Shown: positions 36,222 to 50,359 of the stretch, piece after piece
Position numbering within the stretch: position 1 is the stretch's first letter
Layout of the letters: each line of letters begins with the position of its first letter
Assembly (NCBI GenBank): GCA_044892525.1
Contig: CM097887.1
Span: 90,002,397-90,066,396 of the forward strand
Direction of reading: 5' to 3'
DNA from: Schmidtea polychroa
Lineage: Eukaryota
Length of the DNA stretch: 64,000 bases
Position numbers and translations under genes: made by a program
The notes under the pieces: generated by a model
Databases searched by the model: none
What the model was told of the DNA's origin: nothing
Seen by the model: the letters and a program-made list of their open reading frames with translations, nothing else

Positions 36222-39200
36222 TCTATTAATCACCATGCACAATGTTTTTACTAAAATATAAATTTTGAAAAACAAATTTTAATTAAATTTTTTAAAATAA
36301 GAAGTCAATTTTTATTAAAAAATTATTGAACTCTCAGAGATGTTCCAATGAATCCAGTTTTGGAGTCTACTAATTTGGATGAAAGGAAAATGTTGTAAAT
36401 ATATTTACAGGAATTCAATGTCAGCTCCTATTATCAAATTATTTGTGGAATATCTAATTTTACAACTACAATAAAATCCACACAATAATAATAATAAACA
36501 AATTACTAAAATTGTTCCTTTATTGCCATCTTAACGTGTTGATACCTAGAATATAATTTTCATAATAATGTTTGTTAAACCATATATCAAAATGATATAT
36601 AAGGTACACGATATTTCTGCACAGCCTTTATCAAGTGTGTATTTGATCTATAGTCTTACAAACATTAATATGAAAATTATTGAATTAAAATAAAGATCAA
36701 AGATGAAACCAAAAGTGAAATATGATATATTATTTTGCTAATTCTCAAACACCATTTACATTAGATTTGATATGATATTATAATAACATTTCATTTTTAT
36801 TTTTATTTATTTACTCTAATTCTGATTGACGCAAATTTTTGTTATTTGTAGTACTTTTAAAGTTTTTATGAATTTCAGGCAACTAAAAAACTTTATATAT
36901 ATCTTTATCTACAATTTTATTTTAAAAATATATTTATCTAGTCCACCTCATGGATTTTCTTTAATAAATTCTCGTCAGTATAATTTGGGAAGCGTTTTAA
37001 TTGGAAACTTTCAATGTAAAGGAAATGAATCTCATATTAGAAACTGTTTGCATTCCGGCAATAAGGAGTATCATGGGTTATGTGGTGATCATAAAATGGA
37101 TGTACATGTTTACTGTATGGAGAAAAAACCACACCAAGAGAAAATGAGTACATTAACTTCCTGTATTATATTTTCCTGTGTAAAAATGTAATTACTGGAT
37201 AGTTTAGGTAACAATATGCCAGGAATGACTTTAAGAAATCTCCCAAATAAAAAAAATACAGGTTTTCTTCAGTTAGAGTCAAATGGAAAAATGAGTTATA
37301 TATGCAACGATGAGTTTAATTTTGGCATCGAAGCTGCTAATTTTTATTGCCATCAAATGTGCAAGTGGTTTTATTATTTTATTAGTTTATAGTTTTACCT
37401 ATTTTATTCTAGACATGCAAGGTTTCCACGACCGCTCATGTTTTTAGATCAAAGCGGATTTGACATTGATAATAATTCCAGTTTTGTGTCAGTCTCTTGC
37501 AGTAATGGAAACTGTTCCAGTTCTCGAGTTAACACTTGTGATCCTACTTACGTTGTCGGTTTGAAGTGTGGAAATGAGCCAGAAATAATTGGTGAAGATT
37601 TCTTTTATTTTGTAAACTATAATTATTTTTGTGATTAGTATTATCATAACAGGTCATTTATACTTCAATTACCAACTTATAGCATTTCATAATTAAATAT
37701 GCACAGATAACTAATATCATATGAGTGTCCGTCTACCTGCTTGTCTGTTTGTTTGTATGTCTGTCACAAGAACTCCTTCCAAATAGTAAATAGTAACGAC
37801 ATGATATTTGTACCAGTGTGCCAACCAGTGTGCCAACCAGTGTGCCGCGAAACATTTTTGATGTGCCGTAAGGTTATTGTGGATTTTTTAAAAATTTTCT
37901 TACTAATTATCTTTGAAGTGGTAAATATTGTTCGACTAATATTTACATATTAATTTTTTTTTATTCGAAAATTCAGTAAGTGAAAAAATAAAAAAAATTA
38001 AGTAGGTTCTGCAAAATCTTTGAAGAGTGAATGAATAGTCACATGTCGATATTCTTCTTTTTAGTATTCAGTTTATATTTTGTGAACAGTAGTGACCAGT
38101 AACGTAAGCTCTTGCTTTATAATATTTAAGTTTAAAGGTAAATATAAAAATAATTTAGAAAAATATTTTGATTTTATACAACATATATAGTATTTTTTGT
38201 AAAAAATCATTAAAATTTAAATTATGGATAAATTTTTAAAAAGCGATAAATCAACAGTTGTTGATATGGAGCAGATTCCAAAGAAAAAAGTAAAACCAAC
38301 TGCTAATAGACAATATAATGAAGAATACATCAAATTTGGTTTCTCAAGTGTGAAATTGCTGGAAGTATTCAACCCCATTGTATAATATGTCGGGAAACAT
38401 AATCAAATGAAACAATGGTGCCAAGTAAACTTTAGCGACATCTTAAAACTAGACATTCCAATTATGCTGAAAAGAGTGTTGATTTTTTTAAACGAATGCA
38501 AATTGATAATAAAAGCAAAGTATTTTTATGAATTCAGCAATCACAGTTTCAAGACGTGCTCAAGAAGCTAGCTACAATGTTGCAAAATTAGTAGCTAAAG
38601 CTAAAAAACCGCACATTATAGCTGAATCTTTAATTCTACCATCTTGCATAAAAATTGTTCGACATATCTTTGGAGACAAAGAAGCAAAAGAAATTGAAAA
38701 AGTGCCACTTTCTAATAATACAATTAGTAGGCGTATTAACAAAATGTCTAATGAGAAATTTTTTCGATACAGGTTGATGAATCTACAGACTGTAGTAATT
38801 GTGCTCAACTTATGGTATTAGTTCGAATTTGTGAAGAAATGAAAAAACATTATTTATTTTGCAAAGAACTTCCCAATCGAACAGCTGGGGAAGAAATATT
38901 TAAAGTAATCATCGNNNNNNNNNNNNNNNNNNNNNNNNNNNNNNNNNNNNNNNNNNNNNNNNNNNNNNNNNNNNNNNNNNNNNNNNNNNNNNNNNNNNNN
39001 NNNNNNNNNNNNNNNNNNNNNNNNNNNNNNNNNNNNNNNNNNNNNNNNNNNNTTATGTACAGATAGTGCAGCTGCAATGACAGGAACTGTTAAATGCTTG
39101 TTGGCTTAAGTTCTCTCTGAAAATCATGAAATTCAAATAATACACTGTTTTATCCACAGGGAAGCTCTTATGTCTCAAAGTTTACAAGAAGATCTAAAAA

Positions 39201-42200
39201 TCACGTTAAACGAAATAGTTAAAATGGTGAACATGATTAAATCTACGCCACTTCAATCTCGGTTATTCTCAATTTTATGCGAAGAAATGGGGTCCGAACA
39301 TCAGACTTTACTTTTTCATACTGAAGTGCGCTGGCTGTCAAGGGGAAGAGTATTGTCAAGAGTTTATGAGCTTAAAGAGGAATTAAAAACTTTTTTCGAG
39401 AATGCCACTTTTTATCAAAAAATTTGAAAGATAACGCCTGGCTACAGAAAGTTACGTATTTAGCTGATATATATGAACATCTTAACGAGCTTAATTGTAA
39501 AATGCAAGAAAAAAATGAAAATATACTCAGTTGCACTGATAAAATAAATGAATTTAAGGCTAAAATTAAGCTGTGGATTAATGAAGTGAAAACTGGTAAA
39601 TTTCTATGTTTAATAGGTGTTCTACTTTAAATCTTGATAAGCAAATATTCAAACTTGTGGAGCAGTATCTATATTTACTTGAAGAAAAGCTGCAGCATTA
39701 TTTTAAATCAAATAAGTTGATTGAATTTGATTGGGTTCGAAATCCTTTTGTTTTGCCGTCTGAAGAATCTTCGCAAAACTTATCAATGAAACAAAAAAAG
39801 AACTAATAGATTTAAAAAATGATCGTACACTTGAGCTTCAATTTAAAGACAATATTCCAATATCTCAGTTTTGGTTAATCGATAAGAAGGAATTCCCAAC
39901 TATTTCAAAAAAAGCAATTGAAATTCTGTTACCATTCGCTACTACCTACATCTATGAACAAAGCTTTTCATCGATGGTTACCATTAAAAACATAAAGCGA
40001 TCGTGTATTAAAAGCCTTGACTATGAGCTGCGTGTATCCATTTCAAGTATTGAACCTATTATAAGCAAACTCTGTTCTCAACATCAAGGTCAGATTTCAC
40101 ATTAGAAATGTAATATCAAATGTAAATGTATAACTTTATTAAAAATATTTTTTTTGCAAAACTTGAGTTTTTTCTATAAATATGTAAGAGATTTTTTTAG
40201 TGTGCCGATATATTTTGACAAATCTAGTCACCGTGCCGTAGACTGAAAAACGTTGGGAAGCACTGTTCTAGCTGACACTTTTGGGTCAACTGTGCTATTT
40301 ATCTCAATATTACATAAAAGGATTTGATAACGGAGTACTTCTCGTATAGATATCTACAAGTGGAAATATCAAGATTGAAGAATCCCTGGAAATTGTTCAT
40401 CATCGCCAATGATCAATATTGCAATATATTTGTAATAACAGGATGAACAAAATTAATTATAATGAATAAAGAATGAGTTTGAATCTATCCAATCTAAACC
40501 GAGTAATAATAAAGCTAGTCAATATAAAATCTGTTTTTTAGCGAAATTTCTAATACCTTTTCACTTTTATTCCACAATATTCTTATTTCTTTCATCCTTT
40601 ATTCGATGTTACAGTTCATTAAAAACGAAACTGACCAAAGGTCCGGGATTTGAGTTGATTATCCCTCACTGAAAACTGTATCGGAAAGTGCCCCTTATTA
40701 GATATGTAACACTTTTAACATTTTCAAAAAAGAAGAAAACAGAGAAAAGATTTAAAATGTTATTTTTTGCTTTTTTCCCTTTTGTTTCTTCCCCTTTTTG
40801 TCTTTTTTTCCAGAAAATTTATAATTGTAAAAAAGAATGTTGTACATTGTAAATTGTGTACAATATAATCTGATTGGTTAAATAATTAGTATACAGTCTT
40901 TTAAAAATAAAAAATATGCAATGAATATTCAATTTTACGATATATAAAACCATAAAAACATGAATACTTTATATAGTAAAATTAACGCACTCAATTGTCA
41001 TAGCAGGGACGTTGCTAGGTAGGGGTGCATAGGGGACATTTTAGGGATGAAATATTTTAATAATACCTTTATTTTGGTTTTGTTATGAGAATTGTATGAG
41101 AATAAAAAAACTAAAGAAAATGGACGAAGAACTTCAAAATTTTAATAACCTAATTGATTCATATCAAAAAGATATTGATTGTAACAAAAAACTCTTGGAT
41201 ATGAGTTTAAGCTGTGGTACAAAAAATTTGAAGAAATTAAAATCCAACCGACCACTGCTGTAGATACATTAGCAATATGTGATCCAATTTCTTATAAAAA
41301 TATTTATATTCTTCTCACAATATTTGCTACTTTGCCGGTATCAACTTGTACAACAGAGTGTTATTTATCATCACTTAAATACTTGAAGTCATGTTTAAGA
41401 AATACCATGGATGACAAACGTTTGGCTTTGTTATATATTCATCAAGACATTAAAATAAGTCCGGGTGAAATACTTTCTGAATTAATGAAGGGGCAAAGAC
41501 GAATTAATATTATATTGTAATATGTTCTGTGTAATATACATTGTTAATAATCAATAATAAATTTGTTAATTATCTTAAAATATTTTTTTCTATTTTTCCG
41601 TGTCAACTTTTAACATTACTCGATGAATTGCAATAATTAATAATTTTTTCTCCCCCGCTGAAATCCTGGCTACGTCCCTGTGTCATAGTATTCCACATTA
41701 TTAGTGTGATTTCATGTAGAGGTCTAGTAGCAACAAATGTTTGACGTTTGACCAATAATTGCTGGTTTTATATTCGAATATGGGGCCGTCCATAAAGTAA
41801 GTGACGCTATTTTTGACCAATTTTGAACCCCCTCCCTCCCCATGTCACAAACTGTCACAAATCTCGGACCCCCTATCCTAAAGTACGTCACGCTTTTTTC
41901 CAATTATTTTTTTATTTATTCATAAAAATGCGGCCAGCATGAAATAAACATAACCATTTACCTAACTCTCTAAACCAGTGGTTCTCAATTAATATAAAAG
42001 CGCGGAAAACCATTCACATGATTTTTTTACGCAGAACACTGACAAAAAATACTTGCTCACAATAAGTGACCAATCACAAATTACTATAAATATGTCTCCT
42101 TATAAGCAAAGAAAATACCACGCGCAACAATAACAAGCAATAAAAACACTTTTATATTTGTATGTTTTTTTATCTGTGTAACAGCTTTCTTATTGGATCA

Positions 42201-45200
42201 TTTTATAAAAAAATTAATTGAGGTTTTTGATGATATGTATCTTAAATGCAAATGTAAAGATAAAATGTCATTTTTTTCGCGGAACACGGGTTGAGAACCA
42301 ATGCTCTAAACCCTAGAATACTATCCCTAATCTCTCCGATAGTGACGTGTGCCCCTATTATATGTAAAAATAAAATTCCGAATTTTTGACTCAGTGACAT
42401 TATTATGCAACGGACAATATAGAAATAATAATACTTCCGGCACGACGAAAGATAGATATGCATTTCATGCTATTTTGATATAAAACTAATTCAAATGTTT
42501 CACAAAATTTTTGAAAATTATTTATAAACCAATTAAATTTTTCTAAAAAAAAAATAGAAATAAAATTAAAAAAATAAATGTGTGACGTCAGATATGACCT
42601 GAACCCCCTTCCTCACCTTGTCACAAACCGTCACATTTTCTTACACCCCTTCCCCTGGAGCATGACGTACTTTATGGACGGCTCCTATTTTAAGGGTCAA
42701 ATTTTTTTTTGTGTTTGTTCACAAAAGAGTATGTATTTTTAATATAAATTAAGTTATTATAAATTCTAAATAAAATTTAATTACAAATAGCCATGTTGAA
42801 GAAAAGACTTTGCAAATTTAGAGACGAGTTAAAAAATGAATTAAAAAAAATTATTTTGATTTGAACATGTTTCGCATTCCAAAAAAATATCTAGTCACTT
42901 TATTAAAGACTTATATTGTATTACAGTTCTATTGTATGGGCTTCATATTTATTTGTAAAAGTGAAATCTTTTCATTATAAACAATATTCGTCAATTTGGC
43001 TTGAGATATATGAAAATTAAAATCCTTTACTTTGTTTTTTTGTTTTAAATCTTGATAATCTTTTGTCGCTTTCGTGAACATGCTCTGAGAAAATATTTAT
43101 CAGCAACATTCCTCATTTCTGATAAAACATCCTCAAAGTCAGTAACTGGATTTATTGCTTCCGATAAATCTAAATATTCTGTTAGCAACTCTGACTTAAC
43201 GATAAAACTGGAAACTGTGTTTATATAGCTCCCAAGAGTTGTAAAATTAAAGATAATCAGCATCTTTCCCAAAAGAAAATGATTTCTAGAGCTGGTCATC
43301 AAAGAGTCATCAAAGATTTTTATTAAAGCTTCTATTTATCGACGTTTGATTAGTACATTGAGAAGACCTTCAGATATTTCCTTCGAAGTATTTATGAAAC
43401 TTTTTTTAGTTCTATATATCTGGGGAATTATTATTTTTTACTTGTCATCTAGGGTTAACAGTTTATACAGTTATCAAACAATGAATGTATTTTCAAATTA
43501 TTCCATGGGGTTTTTTATTTTTTTGATTTCCATATCTTTATGTGAACACCGACCAAAAAATAACATGTTTATCCGAATTATTATTATAAACACGAATTTA
43601 GAGTGACCTTATACTATACCGAGTATTGTTATTATATAAAATCGAGTTGTTAAACCGAAATATTTAATTATATCTTTTATGTTAAAATAGAAAAATCCCC
43701 CCAAATTACTTGCACTTATGAAACTATAACAGTTTTATGGCAGAACTCAACTGAACCCTTTATCAATTCAACATTAGTTTCTGTTTCACCCAATTGCCGA
43801 AATGCCACCATCCATAATACTGCCGATAATGGCGTTGAATTATCACTGCGTCTCGGAGACTGCAATCCATTGGTTAAAGTAAAATTTTAATTATTATATT
43901 TGGTTAATTAATTTATACTGTAATTTTTATCAATATTGACATATTACATGTACAAGATTTTGAGAATTTTTAGGTCAAAAAACTTATTAAAACCGCCAAA
44001 GATTATAAAAATCCTTTTCCACATTGCTGTTATTATAGTTAATAACTTCATCAATAATCACTCATCAGGGCCGTAACAAGGCATTATTGCGCCCTGTGCG
44101 GTTCATATATCTGGCGCCCCTAAAACCCGAATTCAAAACAGCCTACTATAATAATTATAATATTCATGTTGAAATTGTTAACTATGTATTCATCTCCAGA
44201 TATTATAATAGGTAGTAATGTTCTTAAAATTCTGTTGCTAATTGAAAAAATGACAGGAGCCCATTTTATGGACTAACATTTTTCAAAGTACACACCTACG
44301 AAGGCACGCTAATGGACCAGTCCAATCAGCAATGTTAAAGATAGGCTAGTTAGTGTGTCGTTTTTTTCGTGCAGGCCATTTGATAATTTCTTTTATTTAT
44401 ATTTTGTTATTTTTTGGTAACATTAAAAAATGTTGCACCGCTCGCACAACCCTTGTTACGGCCCTGTCACTCATATAAAGGTTCGGGCAAAAAACTGTAA
44501 TAAATTCACCAAAATGGGTAAAATGGAAATTTTTAAGCTAATGAAGGCGAAAAAAATAAATAAATATTTATACTATTTTATATCAATTTAGACCCAAATT
44601 TAACTTGAAAAAGTAATATTTATATACAGTCCCCCAAAAAAAAGTCGTGAGCAGTTAAATTTATTCATAATTTCTTCACAAACTTCATAATAACACAAAT
44701 AAAGTGAAAGGCATTTACTATTTGAAACATCATAGTTAACAAAATGTCCAGAGGGTTCCAATAATCAATTCAATATGACGTTGGACCACCACCTAGCTTG
44801 ATACACTCCTGTAGCCGTTTCGTCATTGAGAGCGCCAGATTTTCAAAGAAAATGTTAGGTAACTGATGAAACCAAGTTTTAAGTATTGCTGCTTTCATGT
44901 CAATTAGATGTTCAAATTTGTATTTTCCAATTTGGTATTTCAGCAAGGACCATGCATTTTCTATGGGGTTAAGGTCGGGTGACTGAGGGGGCCAATCTAG
45001 CACAGTCCATCGTTGTTTACTGATCCATTCTTTAACTATTTTTCTGCTGTGGCATGGCGCACCATCATCCTGTAGAACCCAATCTTAATTATTACCAAAC
45101 GCTTCTCTAACGGAACTGCGTACTTCATTGTTCAGAACCTCTAAATATCACTGGGAGTTGCATATTTCGTCATTGCACAAGAACCGAACTTTTACAGGCC

Positions 45201-47314
45201 AATAACATAATAGAGGATGGATATGTGAGTGTTGGGACTGTAAACTTTAATTTATCATCCTTTTTACGCCACACACGTTGATGTCTTGAATTATTTACCA
45301 CAGATATTCTTGTTTCATTAACGAACAGCACTTTTTTCTAAAATTCTGAAGGTTCGTTGACATACTTCTTTGCAAACTTTAATCTTATTTGTCTGTGGCT
45401 TTTTGTTAGCAGTTGCTCTTTGAGCGGTAACGAGAATCTAAATCTCATCCTAGCCAAATAATTTCTGAAAGTTTGACTACTGATGTTTATATTCATGTGA
45501 TTATCAAGAAATGCCTTCAAATACTCGCTGGTAACAACCGGATTCTTTGCGATTTCTAATGCCAAGTGTCGTTGAAGTGCTTGAAAGTATCTTCTTTTGG
45601 CCACAATTTGACAAATTTGTTAGACAAATTATTCGTTGTTTTGTGCTGCTTAACCACTTTCGAAATTACTCTAACAGAAATATTGAGGTTGCTCGTAATT
45701 TTTCGATAACTTTCCCCAGTTTTCAAATTATTGATGATTAAAGATCGAATTCTTCTATCCAAGACAATGTTTCGTGCCATGTGTATTCTCAAAAACATAC
45801 GTAAAAATAAATGGAGTTTAAACAAAATAATGATTTCATTAATGTGCAATAAATGAAACAACAGTTCGCCGAAATTTTGAGTTAAATAAATAAAAACAAA
45901 TGGGAATAAAAAATAAAAAATTTTGACCAGAAAATAATAATTCCATAAATCTATTCACATTATTTCATGAATTATATCTAGATTTGCAATTATTTGTTAA
46001 AACATTTAAATTTTAAAAACAAGTAAATCTTGTTTCATTGCAATTAATAATTATCTTTTTAAATATTGTATTAAATCAGGAGTGGCCAACCGGCGGCCCG
46101 CGGGTCATCAATTGGCGGCCCGCATGCTTTAATATTTTGAAAATATAATAAAAACTTTTTAAAACTTTTTAAAATACGATATAATACAAAAAATGTAATA
46201 ATGGGCCGCCGGTAAATATTGAACAAAATTTATTGTTTATTTCATATTTTTATCTATTTTAACCAATTAGTTTTGTATGCTACATTTGAAAATTTGCCCG
46301 ATTAATTATGCTTTATAATCAGGGCTATCAAATATAAATAGTGCCAGTTTATCCTGTACCTAAGAAGCATAATTTATTTAACATGCACGCAAATGCTTTA
46401 TTGTTTTTTTAGCGGTTGTCTCAGACCCCACTACGGGCTATTACTGCGCTTCTCCTGTTCCTTAGTTGGAATTAGCACAGAAGCATTAGTTAAAAATTTT
46501 AATAATTAAATTATAAATAAAATATTAAGTGATGATTTCTTGGTACCAGCATTTATTATTTAAAACAATAAAGTGATAATTTAAGCGTTTTGCTGCAAAT
46601 AATGTATTTAATGAAAAAATTTCGACTATAAGATAGTCCTTGTCAATCTCCTTATAGTCGAAAATTTTTTCATTAATTAGATTATTTGCAGCAAAAGGCT
46701 TAAATTATCATTTTATTGTTTTAAATAAAATATTAATGTGGTAATTTAAGTGGTATTTTGTAAAATAATGTTCATATGACAAATGTCTAAAAATTGTTTA
46801 TATCAATAGAATACAACACTATTAACGGTAAAAATGTTTTTGTGTATATTTTTGAATATTTGAGGCCAATTTTGATTAATTTTCATAAAACATTGAATGA
46901 AACTAAATTTTTGAAATTCAAAAATTGACAACAATTTTTACTTTAACCCATTTTTGCCCGAATTTTTTTCTCTCAAAATTTATAATAATTTCGATAAATC
47001 ATAATGTTATATGATACATAATATTTTATTTTTTATTTTTTTTGCATTCGTATTGGTTTTATTAAATAATAATTAAAAATATTGTGATGATTTCTTGGTA
47101 GCAGCATTTATTATTTAAGCCGTTTGCTGCGAATAATGTATATAATGAAAAAATTTCGACTATTAGATAGTCGGAGATTGACAAGGACTACCTTATAGTC
47201 GAAATTTTTTTCATTAAATACATTATTCGCAGCAAAAGACTTAAATAATAAATGCTGCTACCAAGAAATCATCACAATATTTTTAATACTAATGATAATA
47301 ATAATAATAATATT

Positions 47315-47372
<58 letters not shown>

Positions 47373-48885
47373 CTAAACTGATATACAAAAGTTTTCTTAA
47401 ATTTGTTTTACAAAAATAAGAATGCTAAAACTTAAGCTTAAGTTTTGTAATTTCACAGTATTTGATATATTTATATAAGAATAAATAAATATAAATTTAA
47501 ATAAATAAATTATTAGCCAATTATACTAACAAATTATTTTTCATCTAGGATGAAGCGGATTATGTATTCTATACGTACAACATACGTCGATCATATTTAC
47601 CCGTTGGGGTTACAATACAAAACCCCGCCAATCTAGTTGCCCAATGTCGAGTTATTAAACGCAATCAGATAACTAATAAAGTAGAATTTAAAAAGGTAAC
47701 TGCGGCAGCCTTGGCTTTTAAAACAAAATTATCTGTGGCAATACAACTCTATGAAGACGGCAGGTTTATAACTTGGTCATTGAAAAATTTATCCAATGTA
47801 ATTATTATTTACCTAGTTTCACCAGTCCATTGAAGAAAGAAAACAAAGTTGAATTTAACAAATTGATGTTTGTTAAAGTTAATATAAATAATCCACCGAA
47901 AGACGTCAAGCTCAACCTTGATAAATGTATGGTTTCACCAGATAATAACTTTGGTTCTTCAGCTGTTGTTTACTTAATTCAAAATATGTAAGTTTTTCGA
48001 ATAATTGCATTATATACATATATATTGTTTCTTTTTTGAATTGTTTATTTTATCAATTCTNNNNNNNNNNNNNNNNNNNNNNNNNNNNNNNNNNNNNNNN
48101 NNNNNNNNNNNNNNNNNNNNNNNNNNNNNNNNNNNNNNNNNNNNNNNNNNNNNNNNNNNNNNNNNNNNNNNNNNNNNNNNNNNNNNNNNNNNNNNNNNNN
48201 NNNNNNNNNNNNNNNNNNNNNNNNNNNNNNNNNNNNNNNNNNNNNNNNNNNNNNNNNNNNNNNNNNNNNNNNNNNNNNNNNNNNNNNNNNNNNNNNNNNN
48301 NNNNNNNNNNNNNNNNNNNNNNNNNNNNNNNNNNNNNNNNNNNNNNNNNNNNNNNNNNNNNNNNNNNNNNNNNNNNNNNNNNNNNNNNNNNNNNNNNNNN
48401 NNNNNATTTATTGACAGGAATGATATACTAAATTTTAAGTTGCTCCCAAAATTGATTTAAATTTGTGTTAATTAAAATAATTGTATTATATTCCATATAT
48501 TTAGGTGCCCCAATGAACAATATGATGTTCAATTGACATATATGAATCGTTACACCATTGGCTTCCAATTTCGACCCTTCAACTTTGTTGGTAAGCAAAA
48601 CATGCAGATTTATATTCGATGTGAGACGAGTAAGTGCTATGTTCCTAACGATCGGTTTTGCGGTGTCTGCAAGCATCAGTCGAGGCCGAAACGCTCAATA
48701 TTAGATAATAGCAATAAATCCCATACAATTGGACCGATAGTCACAATTTACTCCAGTATGTTGTTTTTGGAATTTCCCCCATATTGATTAAAATTAAAAT
48801 GTAAATATCGAATAATCATTCATGTTCCTACAAATCTGGAAATATTAGTACAGATTCTTCTGCTAAAGTTTGCAACACAATGTGA
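35705..48885 (+). CDS. Secreted SRCR-SRCR-ZP protein (DMBT1-like architecture), gene 1; exons ~35705-35762, 35803-35960, 36940-37145, 37215-37360, 37411-37591, 43744-43882, 47549-47763, 47816-47988, 48507-48758, tentative last exon 48854-48885
   Basis: Signal peptide MMLIYFLIVNLFF. SRCR motifs TICNYKFSEIEAGIVCKSLG, FQCKGNESHIRNC, YICNDEFNFGIEAANFYC, YVVGLKC. ZP-N CRNATI..LRLGDCNP, AQCRV; ZP-C LNLDKCMVSP, CPNE..FQFRPFNF..IYIRCETSKC, furin-type RPKR. One ZP-N start exon and the C-terminus are unresolved. Confidence 0.75.
36146..36221. repeat. (ATT)n microsatellite
   Basis: Perfect trinucleotide run in an SRCR gene intron. Confidence 0.95.
37814..40265 (+). mobile_element. hAT (Buster/Charlie, ZBED8-like) transposon, near full-length but degenerate, intronic
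   Basis: RQYNEEYIKFGF, ASYNVAKLVAKAKKPHIIAESLILP, VPLSNNTISRRI, HCFIHREAL, HTEVRWLSRGRVL, LLPFATTY. 3' TIR GTTGGGAAGCACTG followed by TTCTAGCT; the 5' TIR was not clearly found. Confidence 0.9.
41004..41680 (+). mobile_element. hAT deletion derivative (P52rIPK/THAP12-like C-terminal remnant)
   Basis: TIR CAGGGACGTTGCTAGG / CCTGGCTACGTCCCTG with a perfect 8-bp TSD TGTCATAG; peptide LPVSTCTTE..LKYLKSCLRNTMDDKRL.LLYIH. Confidence 0.9.
41782..42685. mobile_element. PIF/Harbinger-like MITE
   Basis: TIR GGGGCCGTCCATAAAGTA / TACTTTATGGACGGCTCC with a 3-bp TSD TAT. Confidence 0.75.
41976..42303. mobile_element. hAT MITE nested in the Harbinger-like MITE
   Basis: TIR CAGTGGTTCTCAA / TTGAGAACCAATG with a perfect 8-bp TSD CTCTAAAC. 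Confidence 0.85.
44066..44466. mobile_element. hAT MITE
   Basis: TIR CAGGGCCGTAACAAGG / CCTTGTTACGGCCCTG with a perfect 8-bp TSD TCACTCAT. Confidence 0.9.
44627..45780 (-). mobile_element. Tc1-like (DD34E) transposon with degenerate transposase (~44770-45780)
   Basis: MARNIVLDRR..GESYRKI (HTH), HRQIRLKFAKKY, VLQDDGAPCH, WPPQSPDLNPIENAW; TA-CAGTCCCCC terminus at ~44625; stops and frameshifts. Confidence 0.9.
46520..46735. repeat. Foldback palindromic element, copy 1 (outer right arm decayed)
   Basis: Arms ...TTTGCTGCAAATAAT..TAATGAAAAAATTTCGACTATAAG.. around the loop CTTGTCAATCTCC. Confidence 0.85.
47075..47284. repeat. Foldback palindromic element, copy 2 (near-perfect ~97-bp arms), opposite orientation to copy 1
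   Basis: AAAAATATTGTGATGATTTCTTGGTAGCAGCATTTATTATTTAAG... is mirrored exactly. The loop GGAGATTGACAAG is the reverse complement of the copy 1 loop. Confidence 0.9.
47294..47371. repeat. (AAT)n microsatellite
   Basis: Direct observation. Confidence 0.95.
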
Positions 48886-49336
48886 ATCAATGATAATGTA
48901 TACGAATATTATTATACAAAAATTTCTAATTAATCAATATTTTATGCATAAGATTAATATTTCTCGAGAATAAAAAGTTTTCAATTTTTGTATGATTTTT
49001 TAACATACAATTTTTTTTTATTTTTAAACATGTATTAAAAGATATATTTTACTCTAGTATCTCATCATTATATAAATAATTCATATCAACCATTAATTTT
49101 GTTTTTTAACAATTGTTCTTTCAGTTAAAAGTTTAAATATAAATACTTTATCAAAAAAAGTCTAAAAGTTAATTCTTGTTCTAAAACCCTAAAAATAATG
49201 AACTCAGGAAAAAATTATCTCTGAAATAAACTGAAAATAAAAAATGATATTCATACAAAATAAATTACTAGTCCATAAATGAATTAAATAAAAAAATGAC
49301 TTACTTTTTATCATAAATTTATCATATAATATAAAA

Positions 49337-49483
49337 CAGGGTTTCCCAAACTTTCTCTGCAATGGAACCCTTTGCAAGCAAATAAATTTTGACGGAACAC
49401 TTGGCTTATTTTTTAGGTTGGGTAATTCCTAATAGAAAAAAATTAAAAATATGTTATTAAACACATTATTTATTTAATATATA

Positions 49484-49540
<57 letters not shown>

Positions 49541-50359
49541 ATATAAACAAAAAAATAGGGTAAATAAAGCACCTAATGACTTTGATGATTTTGAGTCCGT
49601 GAATTGCATATCTTCTTGATATCAGGCACAATATTGGTAAGTTGGATTCTAATATCTGGTGTGGCATCGAGCCTGTTCCTGCACTTTGACTTTGTTGCAA
49701 CATAATTAGAAAATCCCGCTTCGCATAAATAGGTTGTTGAAAACGGAAGTAAAACAATAATGGCTTGTTTTGATAAATTGGGGTACTCTTCTGACAAACT
49801 CGCCCAGAAATCATTTAAAGGCTGATCTTTGTATTTTTCTTTCAAGTCAGAGTCACTAATTAAATCAATTAGATTTTCATAGTCACTTGCGCTTAAGCCT
49901 ACTGGTTTAGCTGTCACAGAAAATGGATTCCGAACCCAGGAATCGTCCTTACTAGTTTTCGGAAAATATTGCAAAAGAATTGTTTTCAAGTTATGTAGGT
50001 GTTCTAAAAATTCTTTGGAAACCTCTTCATCTACTTTAAAATTTAATTCATTCAAACATTCATGTAAGGCAGGAAAACAATCAAAATGAATGGATTGAGC
50101 TGATGAAATCCAAAATTATATTTTTTATCAAAAGATGCAATTTTATCTCTTGTATTAAAAATTGTAATACTTTTTACTTTTAATGATAAATTAACTTCAT
50201 TGAATTCGTTGGGAACAGAAATTTCGTGAAACACGTGCAAATCCGTTATCCCGTTGTTTTTGTTTCGACATCGCACAGATGTTCATATTATTGACTCTTA
50301 TCTCAGTAATAAATTTCAAAGATTTTTTAGGATGTAAAATGAAGATTGGGGAAACCCTG
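49337..50359 (-). mobile_element. hAT (Buster/Charlie, SCAND3/ZBED8-like) deletion derivative
   Basis: TIR CAGGGTTTCCCAA / TTGGGGAAACCCTG; TSD ATATAAAA/ATCTAAAA (1 mismatch); WVRNPF..LLPFSTTYLCEAGFS..RNRLD; internal (TA)n at ~49489-49536. Confidence 0.9.

Noticed and set aside
44478-46963. Possible large element bounded by TTCGGGCAAAAA inverted motifs enclosing the Tc1 copy
   Set aside because: Only a short inverted match with no identifiable TSD; too weak to call.
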